Source: an uncultured Nitrososphaerales archaeon
GTDB taxonomy: Archaea > Thermoproteota > Nitrososphaeria > Nitrososphaerales > Nitrososphaeraceae
Assembly: GCA_963841565.1 (NCBI GenBank)
Contig: CAWJCY010000003.1
Span: 128,001 to 192,000, forward strand
Direction of reading: 5' to 3'
Length of the DNA: 64,000 bases
The notes under the pieces: model-generated
Database searches by the model: none
Seen by the model: the letters and a program-made list of their open reading frames with translations, nothing else
What the model was told of the DNA's origin: nothing
Shown: positions 51,089-61,185 of the stretch, one piece after another
How the letters are laid out: every line of letters starts with the position of its first letter
How positions within the stretch are numbered: the first letter of the stretch is position 1
Translations under genes and position numbers: made by a program

Positions 51089-51502
51089 TATCTTAATTTG
51101 AAGAGACTGAACGCTTACACAATTTAAAGCAGTACAATCCAGGATGGATTTGCAACCTTCTTCCAATTAGTGGGCAATAGTTGCCCCTTTAAGCTGCAAG
51201 TGACCAAAATACCAGTACAATTGACATGATTTCAATTGAAGCAGAAGTAGAAAACAGATGGTCTCAGGAAATCAGCATTGAAAAAACCACCCAATCGCTG
51301 ATTCAAAGTTGTCATATTATTCATTGGAGAGGGGTACGCAACTGAATTACGGTTTGCTCACCACTTAGAAAGGGAAACGGCGAAACACAAATCTAAATTC
51401 ATGTTAAATGCACCCATTGTTTTGATTCCATGTATTTGCCGAATCCTATCACTGAGCAAATTTAGAATTTATATATGTGTTATATGTATATGCATTAAGT
51501 AG

Positions 51503-51682
51503 ATGCCAACACATGGATCGTTAACAAAGGCTGGAAAGGTTAGAGGGCAAACTCCAAAAATTCAAGGAAAGGTGAGAGACAGTCCTATTTCCAGGTTGCG
51601 TAACAAGAATAATTATAGTAAGCGGTTCGAAAAAAGAAGGGCTCCTGGTCAAAGAAAACCTGAAAGAGGTCCTAGGCGTTAA
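51503..51682 (+). CDS. rps30e: 30S ribosomal protein S30e (not in ORF track)
   Basis: [20 protein letters not shown]..., 59 aa; TTTATATA about 30 bp upstream. Confidence 0.95.
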   Translation: MPTHGSLTKAGKVRGQTPKIQGKVRDSPISRLRNKNNYSKRFEKRRAPGQRKPERGPRR

Positions 51683-51728
51683 AGCGCTTCGGCGAACAGT
51701 ATGGTATTAAGTTGATCCTGAACCACTC

Positions 51729-52568
51729 TTGAAAAAGGTCGGTATAATAGGTTTCGGAACTATAGGCTTTCAAATTGCAAGATCAATAGATAACGGCTTT
51801 TTATCACCAGCGCGTTTGAGCTTTATTGTTGATTCGTCCCTCAACAGATTGGAAGTTGCAAAGAAATCCATAACGAAAGATAAGCCACAGATGTTTTCTG
51901 ATTCAGATTCCCTTTTTCACTCTGAAACATATAAGAATACTCAAATTGTAGTCGAATCGGCGAGTGGGGCTGCGGTCAGGCAGTACGCCAAGCACATCTT
52001 ATCTGATGGTAAGTATCTTATCATTTTCAGTGTGGGCGAATTAGTTGATGACACGTTCATGAAGGTACTCCAGTCAGAGGCCGTAGAACACAATGGAGTT
52101 ATCCATATTCCAACTGGAGCAATTGCTGGTTTAGATGCGATAAAATCAGTCCGAAACAATTTAGATCAGGTTACAATTTCTACTACCAAAAATCCCAAAT
52201 CATTGGCTGGGGCTCCCTATTTCGATCTACACGAGAATATACATTTACAGGAACCCAGTAATAGAATAGTATTGTATGAAGGAGATGTCCGTAGAGCAAT
52301 TGAGTTATTTCCGTCGAATGTGAATGTCTTTGCTGCTTTAGCACTTGCAACGGGTAACATTTCCAAAATCAAGGTCAGAATAATTGCCGATCCAAACATC
52401 AAAGTAAATCGACACGAAATAGATGTTAGAGGAGATTTTGGGATTTTACAGATAGTTGCGAGTAATATACCTCACCCAGAAAACCCGCGTACAAGTGCGT
52501 TGGCCGTATTATCTGCTATGGAAGCGGTAAGATCTGCATGTAATCAGACGGTTAAGATTGGAAATTGA
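51729..52568 (+). CDS. nadX: L-aspartate dehydrogenase
   Basis: GFGTIG, VESAS, GAIAGLDA, FPSNVNV, NRHEI, NPRTSALA; near nadAC. Confidence 0.92.
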   Translation: MKKVGIIGFGTIGFQIARSIDNGFLSPARLSFIVDSSLNRLEVAKKSITKDKPQMFSDSDSLFHSETYKNTQIVVESASGAAVRQYAKHILSDGKYLIIFSVGELVDDTFMKVLQSEAVEHNGVIHIPTGAIAGLDAIKSVRNNLDQVTISTTKNPKSLAGAPYFDLHENIHLQEPSNRIVLYEGDVRRAIELFPSNVNVFAALALATGNISKIKVRIIADPNIKVNRHEIDVRGDFGILQIVASNIPHPENPRTSALAVLSAMEAVRSACNQTVKIGN

Positions 52569-52629
52569 AATCTGACGGCTACCACGATTTATATAGGGTA
52601 AGAGTAAGTGTTGTAGCAAGGAATAAGGA

Positions 52630-52920
52630 ATGAGTTACGGTGGATTTAGAAGAAACGATAGTTTTGGACCAAAACCAGTAGAGACAGGAAAGGAGTACGA
52701 CGTTCAGATCTCTGAAATAAGCAGAAAAGGTGATGGAATTGCACGGGTTCAAGGATTTGTCATATTTGTTAAGGATGGGAAAGTTGGTCAGAACGCAAAA
52801 ATAAGAGTAACACAAGTTGGGAATAGGTTTGCAACAGCTGAAATAGTGAATGGAGCCACAGAGCAGTCTGCCCCGACCCAAGAAATTTCAGGTGGAAGCC
52901 AAGACCAAGCAACTGAGTAA
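52630..52920 (+). CDS. Single TRAM-domain RNA-binding protein
   Basis: PVETGKEYDVQI...GDGIARVQGFVIFV..VG..FATAE. Confidence 0.92.
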   Translation: MSYGGFRRNDSFGPKPVETGKEYDVQISEISRKGDGIARVQGFVIFVKDGKVGQNAKIRVTQVGNRFATAEIVNGATEQSAPTQEISGGSQDQATE

Positions 52921-53049
52921 GAAAACTAATTCAACGAATGTTGCTGTATTGATAGCAACCTAGTCGGTTTTCAATACGGAAGATTATATTCCATGTGCAA
53001 TATTCACAAACTTTTTTGGAATCCATAACTTTTTCTCATCCAATGTGTA

Positions 53050-54840
53050 TTAATTACCTAGACAAAATATCGATTCATTCTGCAGCCAATTCTTAGATCT
53101 GGAGATCAACTTCGAAATGGAATCTCCCAACTGTTCTTCGTTCACCCCGCCATTGTCAAAATTTCCAGGCAAAACTAAGTATATGCGAATCTTCGAACCT
53201 AAAACATCGGACAGCTCCTGATTCGCAGTAACAACGAACGGCCTCAGGGCACCTCGAAAAAGTTCGGCTCTCGCTTTGATTAATCCTGAAACTTTGTCAC
53301 CTTTTGGCCAGTCTGGTCCTACTATTACCACGTTTCCTGAAGACTCTTTAAATTTGACGGGCTCTTCCAGTGCGCCGTCAGGTGCAATGTCAGTAACGAT
53401 GTGTTTCGTTACCAAAGCCGGAGTATGAATAAATCTGTTGATCAGTGACTCCCAATCCTGTTTAGAAAGTTCGAGCAAAGACTTTGAATAATCAAGTTGT
53501 CCAGTGAAATGGATCATTCCATTGATAGGACCGAAACTGCTTCTGATTCGATTCAAACAGTCACGCAAATTCGCCTCATTTGAAAGATCCGCTTGATACT
53601 GGGGGAACTCAGACAATTCTTCTATTTTTTCTGGGGAGATGATTATTATTTTCTTTTGTCCATCATTTAACATCGTTTGGCAGAGAGCTTCAATTCTCGA
53701 CAGATCAAAGGAATCACTGGTGGTTGTACTTATTAAAACAGTTCCTAGGTTATGGTTGGAATCTGTTCGATGTACAACAGTAGAGACTGCTGGCTTGACG
53801 GTATAAAATACTCGATCATTTGGTACTACCCGACCGTTTAAAAGTCGACTAGTTTTCTCTGAAGACAAAGTCAAAACCATTTCAGCTACGTCTTCTTGAG
53901 CCAGAAATTCGCCATCAACGATCATTTTTTTGGTATTCTCTTGGATTTTTTCAGCAATATTGTATAGCTTATTGATAAGCTCTGAAATGTCGCGTTCTAG
54001 GTCATCTTGGTTAGAATTGACGCCAACCTTGGATTTTATTATCTCTTTAGCTATTTCTTTTCCTCTAGACGCCATCTCAGAAGTACTGTCACCCAAGTAA
54101 GGCAGAATCTTTAATAGAATATGTTCTATAACACTGGACTTCATGCCTTTGAATCCTCCGATCCTTAAGAATTCAGCTGCAGCCTTCGGATAAACAGTTT
54201 TATAGATTCTGTCTGAATGGACCGGGCCAGGATTGGTTGCGATGGATCTAATTTCACGATCTGTTAGTTCCCATGCTAACGCTTCAGCAAGCCTGTTTTT
54301 GGCCCCTTGCGAAGCCGTATATGGGGTTCTGAATCTATATGGTCGCTGCTCAAATTTGTTTTCTTCAGTGAAAAAGGTACTGATAGTAATTATCTTGCCA
54401 TTCTGCGACAACAGATCAAGACCATGCACCGAGGTAAAGAATGTACCCGTTAGGTGAATCGCGACACATTCCTTGAATTCTCCGTAGTCTGCATTAGTGA
54501 ACACCTTAACAGGACCTGACACACCAGCATTGTTCACAATGATATCCAGACTCGTTAAGGAATTCTTGATCGAGCCATACATGCTAATTAAAGAATTCTC
54601 ATCAGATACGTCGACCCCAGGAAATGAAAGTACGTTCGCAGAAGATCCAACTGATAACATTGTTTTCAATAGGATCTCTTTAGTTTCGTCTAATGGCTTC
54701 TGTCTTCGCCCCATAATAATAATGCTTGCTCCATTTTCAGCAAATTTTGTCGCTATTGCTTGACCTATTCCTGTTCCACTTCCAGTTATGAGAACGGTTT
54801 TGCCCTTAAAGGGCAAGTTAGAGTTCACCGGACTGGTCAC
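53050..54840 (-). CDS. Two-domain SDR oxidoreductase, malonyl-CoA-reductase-like
   Basis: ITGSGTGIG, NNAGVSG, PYRFRTPY, PGPVHSDRI, helical insert, degenerate second Rossmann domain. Confidence 0.75.
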   Translation of the reverse strand: MTSPVNSNLPFKGKTVLITGSGTGIGQAIATKFAENGASIIIMGRRQKPLDETKEILLKTMLSVGSSANVLSFPGVDVSDENSLISMYGSIKNSLTSLDIIVNNAGVSGPVKVFTNADYGEFKECVAIHLTGTFFTSVHGLDLLSQNGKIITISTFFTEENKFEQRPYRFRTPYTASQGAKNRLAEALAWELTDREIRSIATNPGPVHSDRIYKTVYPKAAAEFLRIGGFKGMKSSVIEHILLKILPYLGDSTSEMASRGKEIAKEIIKSKVGVNSNQDDLERDISELINKLYNIAEKIQENTKKMIVDGEFLAQEDVAEMVLTLSSEKTSRLLNGRVVPNDRVFYTVKPAVSTVVHRTDSNHNLGTVLISTTTSDSFDLSRIEALCQTMLNDGQKKIIIISPEKIEELSEFPQYQADLSNEANLRDCLNRIRSSFGPINGMIHFTGQLDYSKSLLELSKQDWESLINRFIHTPALVTKHIVTDIAPDGALEEPVKFKESSGNVVIVGPDWPKGDKVSGLIKARAELFRGALRPFVVTANQELSDVLGSKIRIYLVLPGNFDNGGVNEEQLGDSISKLISRSKNWLQNESIFCLGN

Positions 54841-55103
54841 ATCAGTAGGGATTGGAAACTAATATTTAAATCAATTTTACCCCCTGAAATTGCAAGTATT
54901 CCGCTATCCAGTAATGCAGAATAATAGTTATGAAGGAAGGCTGTTATCGAGTCACTAACACAGTTATTGACCTATTTGTACTATTTCTCTCTGACTCCAT
55001 GGCGAATGCAAAACAGAAGGTGAAGTGTATATAGCGATATCTATTTCACTGTTGTATATCCATGATTAGTAACTAGGTTTTTGATCTTCCAATGAAATAC
55101 CTT

Positions 55104-55658
55104 CTAAGCCCGCCACCAGTCTATACCTATAAAGTATACCTGTCCTTTCCTTAGCCTAGGACATGCAAGGATGAACTGTTTCTTTACCGTAGTGGCCAAC
55201 CTTCCGCTCAGAACTATTGAAGTGGCTGTAATATTTGTTGCTGGAACGTAAACTGATATTAAAAAAGGCGCATGATCAATACCAGGTCCTCGCTCGTATA
55301 CGGCAAAGTCGCAGCCAAACTTTATCCCGGGAGAAACGATATAGCCCTTGTCTTTTAAGACCTTGAATACTAGGTACTTTGCATCAAAATTGTCATACTG
55401 CTTTCTGCACAATGTTTTAATTCTCTTGATAGAGATTGTCTTTCCGAATTTCGAAAGGATAGATAACTCTTCTCTTTCTACAAGATAACATCCTTCGATT
55501 AGGTCAAGTACTATTGGGACTTCAAAATCGATTCCTTTTGGCTTCGAGATCCCAATTGGCTTACCGTAGTAACCATTGCTGAATAAAGTACGGGATTCTT
55601 CTATATTCCAGATAATTATCCTGTTTTCGATCAGATGTCCTAAAACTGGTTTATCCAT
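55104..55658 (-). CDS. endA: tRNA-splicing endonuclease, catalytic subunit
   Basis: YYGKPIG, LDLIEGCYL, GIKFGCDFAVY..GPGIDHAP, RLATTVKK (Y/H/K triad). Confidence 0.93.
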   Translation of the reverse strand: MDKPVLGHLIENRIIIWNIEESRTLFSNGYYGKPIGISKPKGIDFEVPIVLDLIEGCYLVEREELSILSKFGKTISIKRIKTLCRKQYDNFDAKYLVFKVLKDKGYIVSPGIKFGCDFAVYERGPGIDHAPFLISVYVPATNITATSIVLSGRLATTVKKQFILACPRLRKGQVYFIGIDWWRA

Positions 55659-56311
55659 CACATACTCAAAGCAAGTATTGTTAAAGAATCGGACGCCTCC
55701 TGACACTTGTCAGCCATACCTTCTATCCCTTCAATCGCATCTTTTAAAAGAAGTAAGTCTTTGGTTACCGATATTTCATTCATTGCCTTTATTATTAGAC
55801 TCCTATGTCTCTCATCTACCAATCTTTCCAACTTTTGAACCTCTTGGGCTAGTTCAATTGTACTTGATGGATTGATACTCAGGGCTCTTGCCATCTCATT
55901 AAGCTTGAATGTTGCATCAACAACCATACCGATCAACTCATTGATATCTTCAGCAAACCTTCCTATCATGATGATGTCAACTTTCATGTTTGCAAGCCTA
56001 AAGGCTACACCACTTATGTAACCTGCAATATCATCCATAAGATATGCCGTCCTTAGTACATCCTCTCTATACACCATTAGACTTCCAATTTCTGCGACTT
56101 CTCTGGTCACACGCCTTCTAAGATTGTCCACCTCCTCTTCTGCAATTCTCATTCTGTCCAAAGTGGGCTGAATGTCCTGAGTCAGGCCTTGTGTAATACT
56201 TTTACCTAATGAAGAAAGTTCTCTTGCAGAGTTCAAGATCTTCCCAATTTCATCGTGAAGTATAGCAAGGGTTTTCCGCTTGGCTTGAACTTCCAATTCC
56301 CCGCTATACAT
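55658..56311 (-). CDS. DUF47/PhoU-like helical protein
   Basis: Repeated EEEVDNLRR / ERLVDERHR, REDV, E.MADKC motifs. Confidence 0.8.
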   Translation of the reverse strand: MYSGELEVQAKRKTLAILHDEIGKILNSARELSSLGKSITQGLTQDIQPTLDRMRIAEEEVDNLRRRVTREVAEIGSLMVYREDVLRTAYLMDDIAGYISGVAFRLANMKVDIIMIGRFAEDINELIGMVVDATFKLNEMARALSINPSSTIELAQEVQKLERLVDERHRSLIIKAMNEISVTKDLLLLKDAIEGIEGMADKCQEASDSLTILALSM

Positions 56312-56425
56312 TAAGGAACAAACACGATTCGCTGGCTATTATTTCTTTTGACAATCACGATAAATATTTAGAATGATAAGATCGCCCATCATTTGAATAG
56401 ATGATCTTTCCCTTCATGGTATTCT

Positions 56426-57460
56426 TTAATCCGTTGAATCAAATGGAACTGAGATTGATTCACGAATTTCTATTAAATCCCTAAGAATAGCACTGGCAGT
56501 TTCCAAACCGCCAGCGCCTCTCCCCACTATTGTTTTCTCACCCGAATATTCTGAAGAAAATGTCACGGCATTTAGTGTCCCAGTAACACATATAGGATCA
56601 TCTCGTTGGATTTCCAAAGGCATTACATTAAGTTCATCATTATCGCAATGTGCTATTAGTCTGATGGCCTTGCCATCTTCATGTGCCTTCCTTACCGAAT
56701 TCAAATCCACCTCCGAAATGCCGCGTCTTGAAACATCTGTGATACTGACCTTCCTTGACATAATCCAGTTAGCCATAATCACAAGTTTGGCAGCAGCATC
56801 ATATCCTTCAATATCGAGCTCAGGTGCCGCCTCAGCATATCCTTTTTGTTTAGCGTCAACTAACGCTTGCTGAAAAGTGAGTCCCTCTTCCTCCATTTTA
56901 GTAAGAATGTAATTAGTTGTCCCATTGAGGATTCCTCTAAATGATAGAATTCGATCTCCTCTCAGGCATTTTTTAGCAAATTCTAAGATAGGTGTTCCCC
57001 CTCCAACTGTACCACTAAAAGCAAGTCTAACGTTATTATAACTTGAAAGCTCTAGCAAGGATGAAAAGGCTAGGGCTAACGGCCCCTTATTCACTGTGAT
57101 CACGTGTTTCTTCGTTTTCATCGCGGACACAATATGAGAAATCCCAGGCTCACCATTCTCGAGATTTGTGGGGGTAACTTCGATCATAACTTCAGCCTCA
57201 GTATTTTCTATTAATTCAATGGTATTAAGACATACATTGTTGTGGTCGTGGTAGGCCGACACAGATTTTTTCATACGTTTTACCTCTAATAGTCTGCCAA
57301 GATCCAACCCTTCTGAAGAAACAGCCATACCATTGCTGTCAACACATGCTACCACTCTTGGATTCAAACCAAACGCACTATAAAGCTCGGCTGATTTAGA
57401 AAGAAGTATCTTGACAAAGCTTTGGCCTACTACTCCGAATCCAACAATTATGATACGCAA
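56426..57460 (-). CDS. hom: Homoserine dehydrogenase (start refined to TTG 57460)
   Basis: GFGVVG, TVNKGP, TVGGGTP, GILNGTTNYIL, GYAE, GAGGLETASA. Confidence 0.95.
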   Translation of the reverse strand: MRIIIVGFGVVGQSFVKILLSKSAELYSAFGLNPRVVACVDSNGMAVSSEGLDLGRLLEVKRMKKSVSAYHDHNNVCLNTIELIENTEAEVMIEVTPTNLENGEPGISHIVSAMKTKKHVITVNKGPLALAFSSLLELSSYNNVRLAFSGTVGGGTPILEFAKKCLRGDRILSFRGILNGTTNYILTKMEEEGLTFQQALVDAKQKGYAEAAPELDIEGYDAAAKLVIMANWIMSRKVSITDVSRRGISEVDLNSVRKAHEDGKAIRLIAHCDNDELNVMPLEIQRDDPICVTGTLNAVTFSSEYSGEKTIVGRGAGGLETASAILRDLIEIRESISVPFDSTD

Positions 57461-57565
57461 TTCATGTTTTGATGTAATTCTCCAATTAATATACGTAAAA
57501 TTTTTTTGGATAGAACAAACCATTTATTGCTTTCCTAAAACGAATTAGAACGAATAAGATATAAT

Positions 57566-58330
57566 TTGCTAGAGAATCTTTTCTTGACATTTGTCATCGG
57601 AGTAGCTGCAGGCATTGTAGGTTCAATGCTGGGATTGGGCGGCGGCATCATAATATCCCCTATCCTGACACTTTCAGGTTTATTACCATCGCAGGTCGTC
57701 TCGACGAGCTTGTTGGCCGTAGCATCAACTGGAGCCTCTTCAACGGTATCCTATTCCATTAAGAAAAAAATTAGCTATAGCATCGGAATCAAGGTTGCAG
57801 CTTTCGCGGTACCTTTTTCAGTCATTGGTGCCCTTATTTCTTCTGCTCTAGATCCAGATGAATTCAAGTTGTATTTTGCCATTTTGTTAATATCGACGAG
57901 TTTGTATCTATTATTCAGAAAGTCAATAAGAGAGGACAGACTTGATTATGAGAATCGAGGAAAATTATTTTCGAATGCCTTACTATACGTGGGATCCTCA
58001 GCAGCTGGTTTAATTTCAAGTCTTTTTGGAATAGGAGGAGGGATCATTTTTGTTCCTCTATTGTTTGCAGTAAAAAAACTATCAATGCAGCAGTCAGTCG
58101 CCACATCGCAGCTATGTATATTGATAACCTCGATTGCGGGTATATTGACCCATTCAGTTCTATTCGAGCAGGATTATCTCTTCGCTGGGGCAATAGCGTT
58201 AGGGGCGCTAGTAGGTGCGCAGATCGGTTCATTTATCGCCATCAAAATCAGTGAGAGATTGTTAACAATCCTCTTCTCGTTTTCACTCCTAATTATATCA
58301 GTCCAACTCATCTTGGGTTATTTACAGTAG
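57566..58330 (+). CDS. TauE/SafE (TSUP) family membrane exporter
   Basis: Duplicated GLGGG / GIGGG motifs, about 8 TM helices. Confidence 0.9.
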   Translation: MLENLFLTFVIGVAAGIVGSMLGLGGGIIISPILTLSGLLPSQVVSTSLLAVASTGASSTVSYSIKKKISYSIGIKVAAFAVPFSVIGALISSALDPDEFKLYFAILLISTSLYLLFRKSIREDRLDYENRGKLFSNALLYVGSSAAGLISSLFGIGGGIIFVPLLFAVKKLSMQQSVATSQLCILITSIAGILTHSVLFEQDYLFAGAIALGALVGAQIGSFIAIKISERLLTILFSFSLLIISVQLILGYLQ

Positions 58331-58335
58331 TATAA

Positions 58336-58548
58336 TCATTTTTTGATATCCATGATCCAACTACCAAGTAGTGATGGAATCCTTTGTTGTGTCCTCATGC
58401 TATTCCAACTAAATTCTAGTTCCTTCTCTAGTTCGGCCTTTTCCCTCATATGATGATCTGAGGCAATGTGGGCAAATATCTGTTCAAGGGAGCTCATATG
58501 CATTGAACATATGTTACATTTATTCTTGCTAGGAGTGTGCAAATCCAA
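58336..58548 (-). CDS. C2H2 (U1/matrin-like) zinc-finger microprotein
   Basis: CNIC-x12-H-x5-H (HIASDHH). Confidence 0.7.
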   Translation of the reverse strand: MDLHTPSKNKCNICSMHMSSLEQIFAHIASDHHMREKAELEKELEFSWNSMRTQQRIPSLLGSWIMDIKK

Positions 58549-58557
58549 GTAGAGCTA

Positions 58558-58705
58558 TTACCTTTTTGCTTCGGTACCCCTTACAGGCTTTATAGGGGGA
58601 GGCAGCTTCTCCAATTTATGCGAGGGATTAGCTGAAATAATGCCTGGAAGCTCCTTCTCCGGTAAGTACAATGTTACAGTTTAGACACTTGTATCGAATA
58701 GCCAA
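58558..58705 (-). CDS. Second C2H2 zinc-finger microprotein, one extra base near 58634 (not in ORF track)
   Basis: TTG start MAIRYKCLNCNIVLTGEGASRHY.. then ANPSHKLEKLPPPIKPVRGTEAKR* after removing one base (148 = 147+1 nt). Confidence 0.55.
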
Positions 58706-58762
58706 CGTAGCTCAACAGTCTAATTATACATACATGGCTAAAAAGTATGTGGAAATGGTGTC

Positions 58763-60967
58763 TTAGCGGAGCTTGATTACTTCTCTGTTATCAGGTACTG
58801 AGGTTCTCAAATGATATCTATTATGGATCGAACTAGCAATATTTTCTGATTTTGATTTTTCACCGTGGTTAACTATTACTCTCTTGGGTTTAACTCGATA
58901 TACAAAGTTCATAATTTGATTATAGTCGCTATGTCCACTAAAACCATCTATCCTTTGAGTGTCACACTTTACCGGAACGACCTTTACCTTCCCGTTCTTG
59001 TCCATCATCCCAATTTCATTCATGATTCCGTCCATTACACGTCTCCCCAATGTTCCATTTATCTGATATGAAACAAATATTATCTTGTTTCCTTGTACAG
59101 GCGCGATCGACTTAAAATATTCTACCGATGGTCCACCTTCGAGCATCCCTGATGTCGCCATTATGATAGATGGGTTGTGATCTTCTAAAATCTCATCCCG
59201 TTTTCCTGGTCCATTTATGAGTGTAAAATATTCTGACTGAAATGGGTTCACGCCAGAAGAAACAGACTTCCTCACGTTAAATCCAAGATAGTGTGCATAT
59301 GACATATGAATAGCACTAGCCTCTGAGATCATTCCTTCAATATAAATCGGGCATTCGACCAAATTTCTCTGTCGCATTTCTTTGTCCAACACCAACATCA
59401 TCTCTTGAGCTCTACCTACGGCAGGAACTGGAATCAACACCTTACCACCTTGTTGCAGCGTATGGTTTATGCTTTTTGTAAAATTATCATATACAGAGGT
59501 TTGATCTGGCATAATATCAGAAGTATTGCCATAAGTACTCTCAGTAATCAGGGTTTCAACCCTTGGATAAACTGAGAGAGCAGTATCAAGTAATTGAGTT
59601 CTAGCGTATTTGTAGTCGCCAGAATATAATATATTATGCGTTCCAGATATATTCAAATGCACCGTAGCACTGCCCATAATATGGCCTGCATTGTTGAGCG
59701 TGATTGTAATATCTGGTGAAATATCGGTAGGCTTGCTATATGGCAATGTAATGCAGTGCTTGATCACTTCATAGACATCACGAGACTCGTAAGGTAGGTA
59801 ACTACCATTTGCTTTTGCTATTTTGACCGAATCCATTTGCAGAAGCGTCATAAGAGGCAATGTTGGTTCGGTACAATAAACGGGTCCTCTATATCCATAC
59901 CTATAAAGTGCTGGCAAAAATCCTTGGTGGTCTATATGAGCATGACTCAAAACGACTGCATCAAGATCAGTCAGTGTGAAAGGGAACCAATCTATTCTGG
60001 GAAATGCGTCTAGTCCTAGTGCCTCGCCTGGATTTATTCCACAATCCAACATAACCTTGCTTTCTTGTGTCACTACAACGAAACATGACCTACCAACTTG
60101 CTTAACTCCGCCCAAACAGTAAATTAAAACCTCTGCTTTGCTAGCCGCGCTGAAAGAAGACTTGTCGAATCTAGCAGGAGCTTCAGACGAAATCAAATTC
60201 TCATCGGTATGACTTTCATCTAAGTCCGGATTACCCTTCCGCTTCATGCCATCCAAATAGCTGTGGTTGCCAATCACAAGAGGAGTTCTAAAAATTCTCT
60301 GTCCTAGTTCCTGAAAGAAGGTGCTTCTCTCCCTTGCAGAACCCTTCAGAGTTGAATGAATTGTCTTGATACTAGTAGAAGGAATATGCGGAGAGAGTCG
60401 AGTTCTTGCTAGCCATCCTGTTAAAGATGCAATTTCTATAATCAATGCAGGGGTGATGGCTTCTGGACTACTCAACTCCAAAATTACCTCACCCGTTGCA
60501 TCGTCGCAGAAAGCAGCTGAGAGAGAAACGCTCTTTGGGACGAGCTTCATAATTGTTGACCTAGTTAAATCCTCCGAGATTCGTATACTTGGGTCGGTTC
60601 GGATCACGAACCTTTTTTTCATAGTCTTGGAGAGGCCTGAAAGGTGCAATGTAAGTTCAGTGAGAGCAAATTTGGGATTTTTCGTATAGAGTGCAATCTT
60701 TGGGCCTTCAAACCGGGCGGCTGTAATTGATGCTTCTTTTGGAAGCAATGTAATTAGTGAATCATAAAGGGACTCACCATCAGATTCACCGAGGCTGTTA
60801 GTCGTCCTAAATCGCTTTTTATCTGGAGACATTGTGAAGCTGCGAGACATTGTATTAGCCTCAGAGCTTGAACTTGAGCTTGAGCTTGAAGTTTTATGGA
60901 CCTCTGATTTCGCATTGGGGACACTATCGAGCTTAAAATTATCCTCCGAACCACTATCTTCTTTCAA
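58763..60967 (-). CDS. aCPSF1/FttA-family beta-CASP ribonuclease with N-terminal extension
   Basis: FEGPKIALYTKNP, KKRFVIRTDP (KH-like); LGG..QVGRS, SHAHIDH, AGHIMGS, ESTYG, AVGRAQE, GFSGHSD, NHGE. Confidence 0.9.
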   Translation of the reverse strand: MKEDSGSEDNFKLDSVPNAKSEVHKTSSSSSSSSSEANTMSRSFTMSPDKKRFRTTNSLGESDGESLYDSLITLLPKEASITAARFEGPKIALYTKNPKFALTELTLHLSGLSKTMKKRFVIRTDPSIRISEDLTRSTIMKLVPKSVSLSAAFCDDATGEVILELSSPEAITPALIIEIASLTGWLARTRLSPHIPSTSIKTIHSTLKGSARERSTFFQELGQRIFRTPLVIGNHSYLDGMKRKGNPDLDESHTDENLISSEAPARFDKSSFSAASKAEVLIYCLGGVKQVGRSCFVVVTQESKVMLDCGINPGEALGLDAFPRIDWFPFTLTDLDAVVLSHAHIDHQGFLPALYRYGYRGPVYCTEPTLPLMTLLQMDSVKIAKANGSYLPYESRDVYEVIKHCITLPYSKPTDISPDITITLNNAGHIMGSATVHLNISGTHNILYSGDYKYARTQLLDTALSVYPRVETLITESTYGNTSDIMPDQTSVYDNFTKSINHTLQQGGKVLIPVPAVGRAQEMMLVLDKEMRQRNLVECPIYIEGMISEASAIHMSYAHYLGFNVRKSVSSGVNPFQSEYFTLINGPGKRDEILEDHNPSIIMATSGMLEGGPSVEYFKSIAPVQGNKIIFVSYQINGTLGRRVMDGIMNEIGMMDKNGKVKVVPVKCDTQRIDGFSGHSDYNQIMNFVYRVKPKRVIVNHGEKSKSENIASSIHNRYHLRTSVPDNREVIKLR
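60863..60890 (-). repeat. Hexamer tandem repeat (TCAAGY)n encoding poly-Ser in the aCPSF1 N-terminus
   Basis: + strand agagcttgaacttgagcttgagcttgaa; protein TSSSSSSSSSE. Confidence 0.7.
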
Positions 60968-61185
60968 ATTAATTTATTTCCAGCCCGCTAAGGTATTATA
61001 CGGTCAACTTAAAGTTTTAGCCAAAAGGTATTCTACCACAATGGGCAAATAAATACTCAGCTAATCCATTAATATATCTTCTTGATATGGGATTTGCATC
61101 TCGAGTTCCCAACATACAGATAGTTGTCTAATGATTCTTTATGAAGGGTACCACACTTAAACAAGTTTGGGTAAGCTTTGTAATT

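Noticed and set aside
51167-51502. Small Zn-finger gene (KCTHC) between nadA and rps30e
   Set aside because: Only one CxxC, preceded by a stop and lacking a start codon
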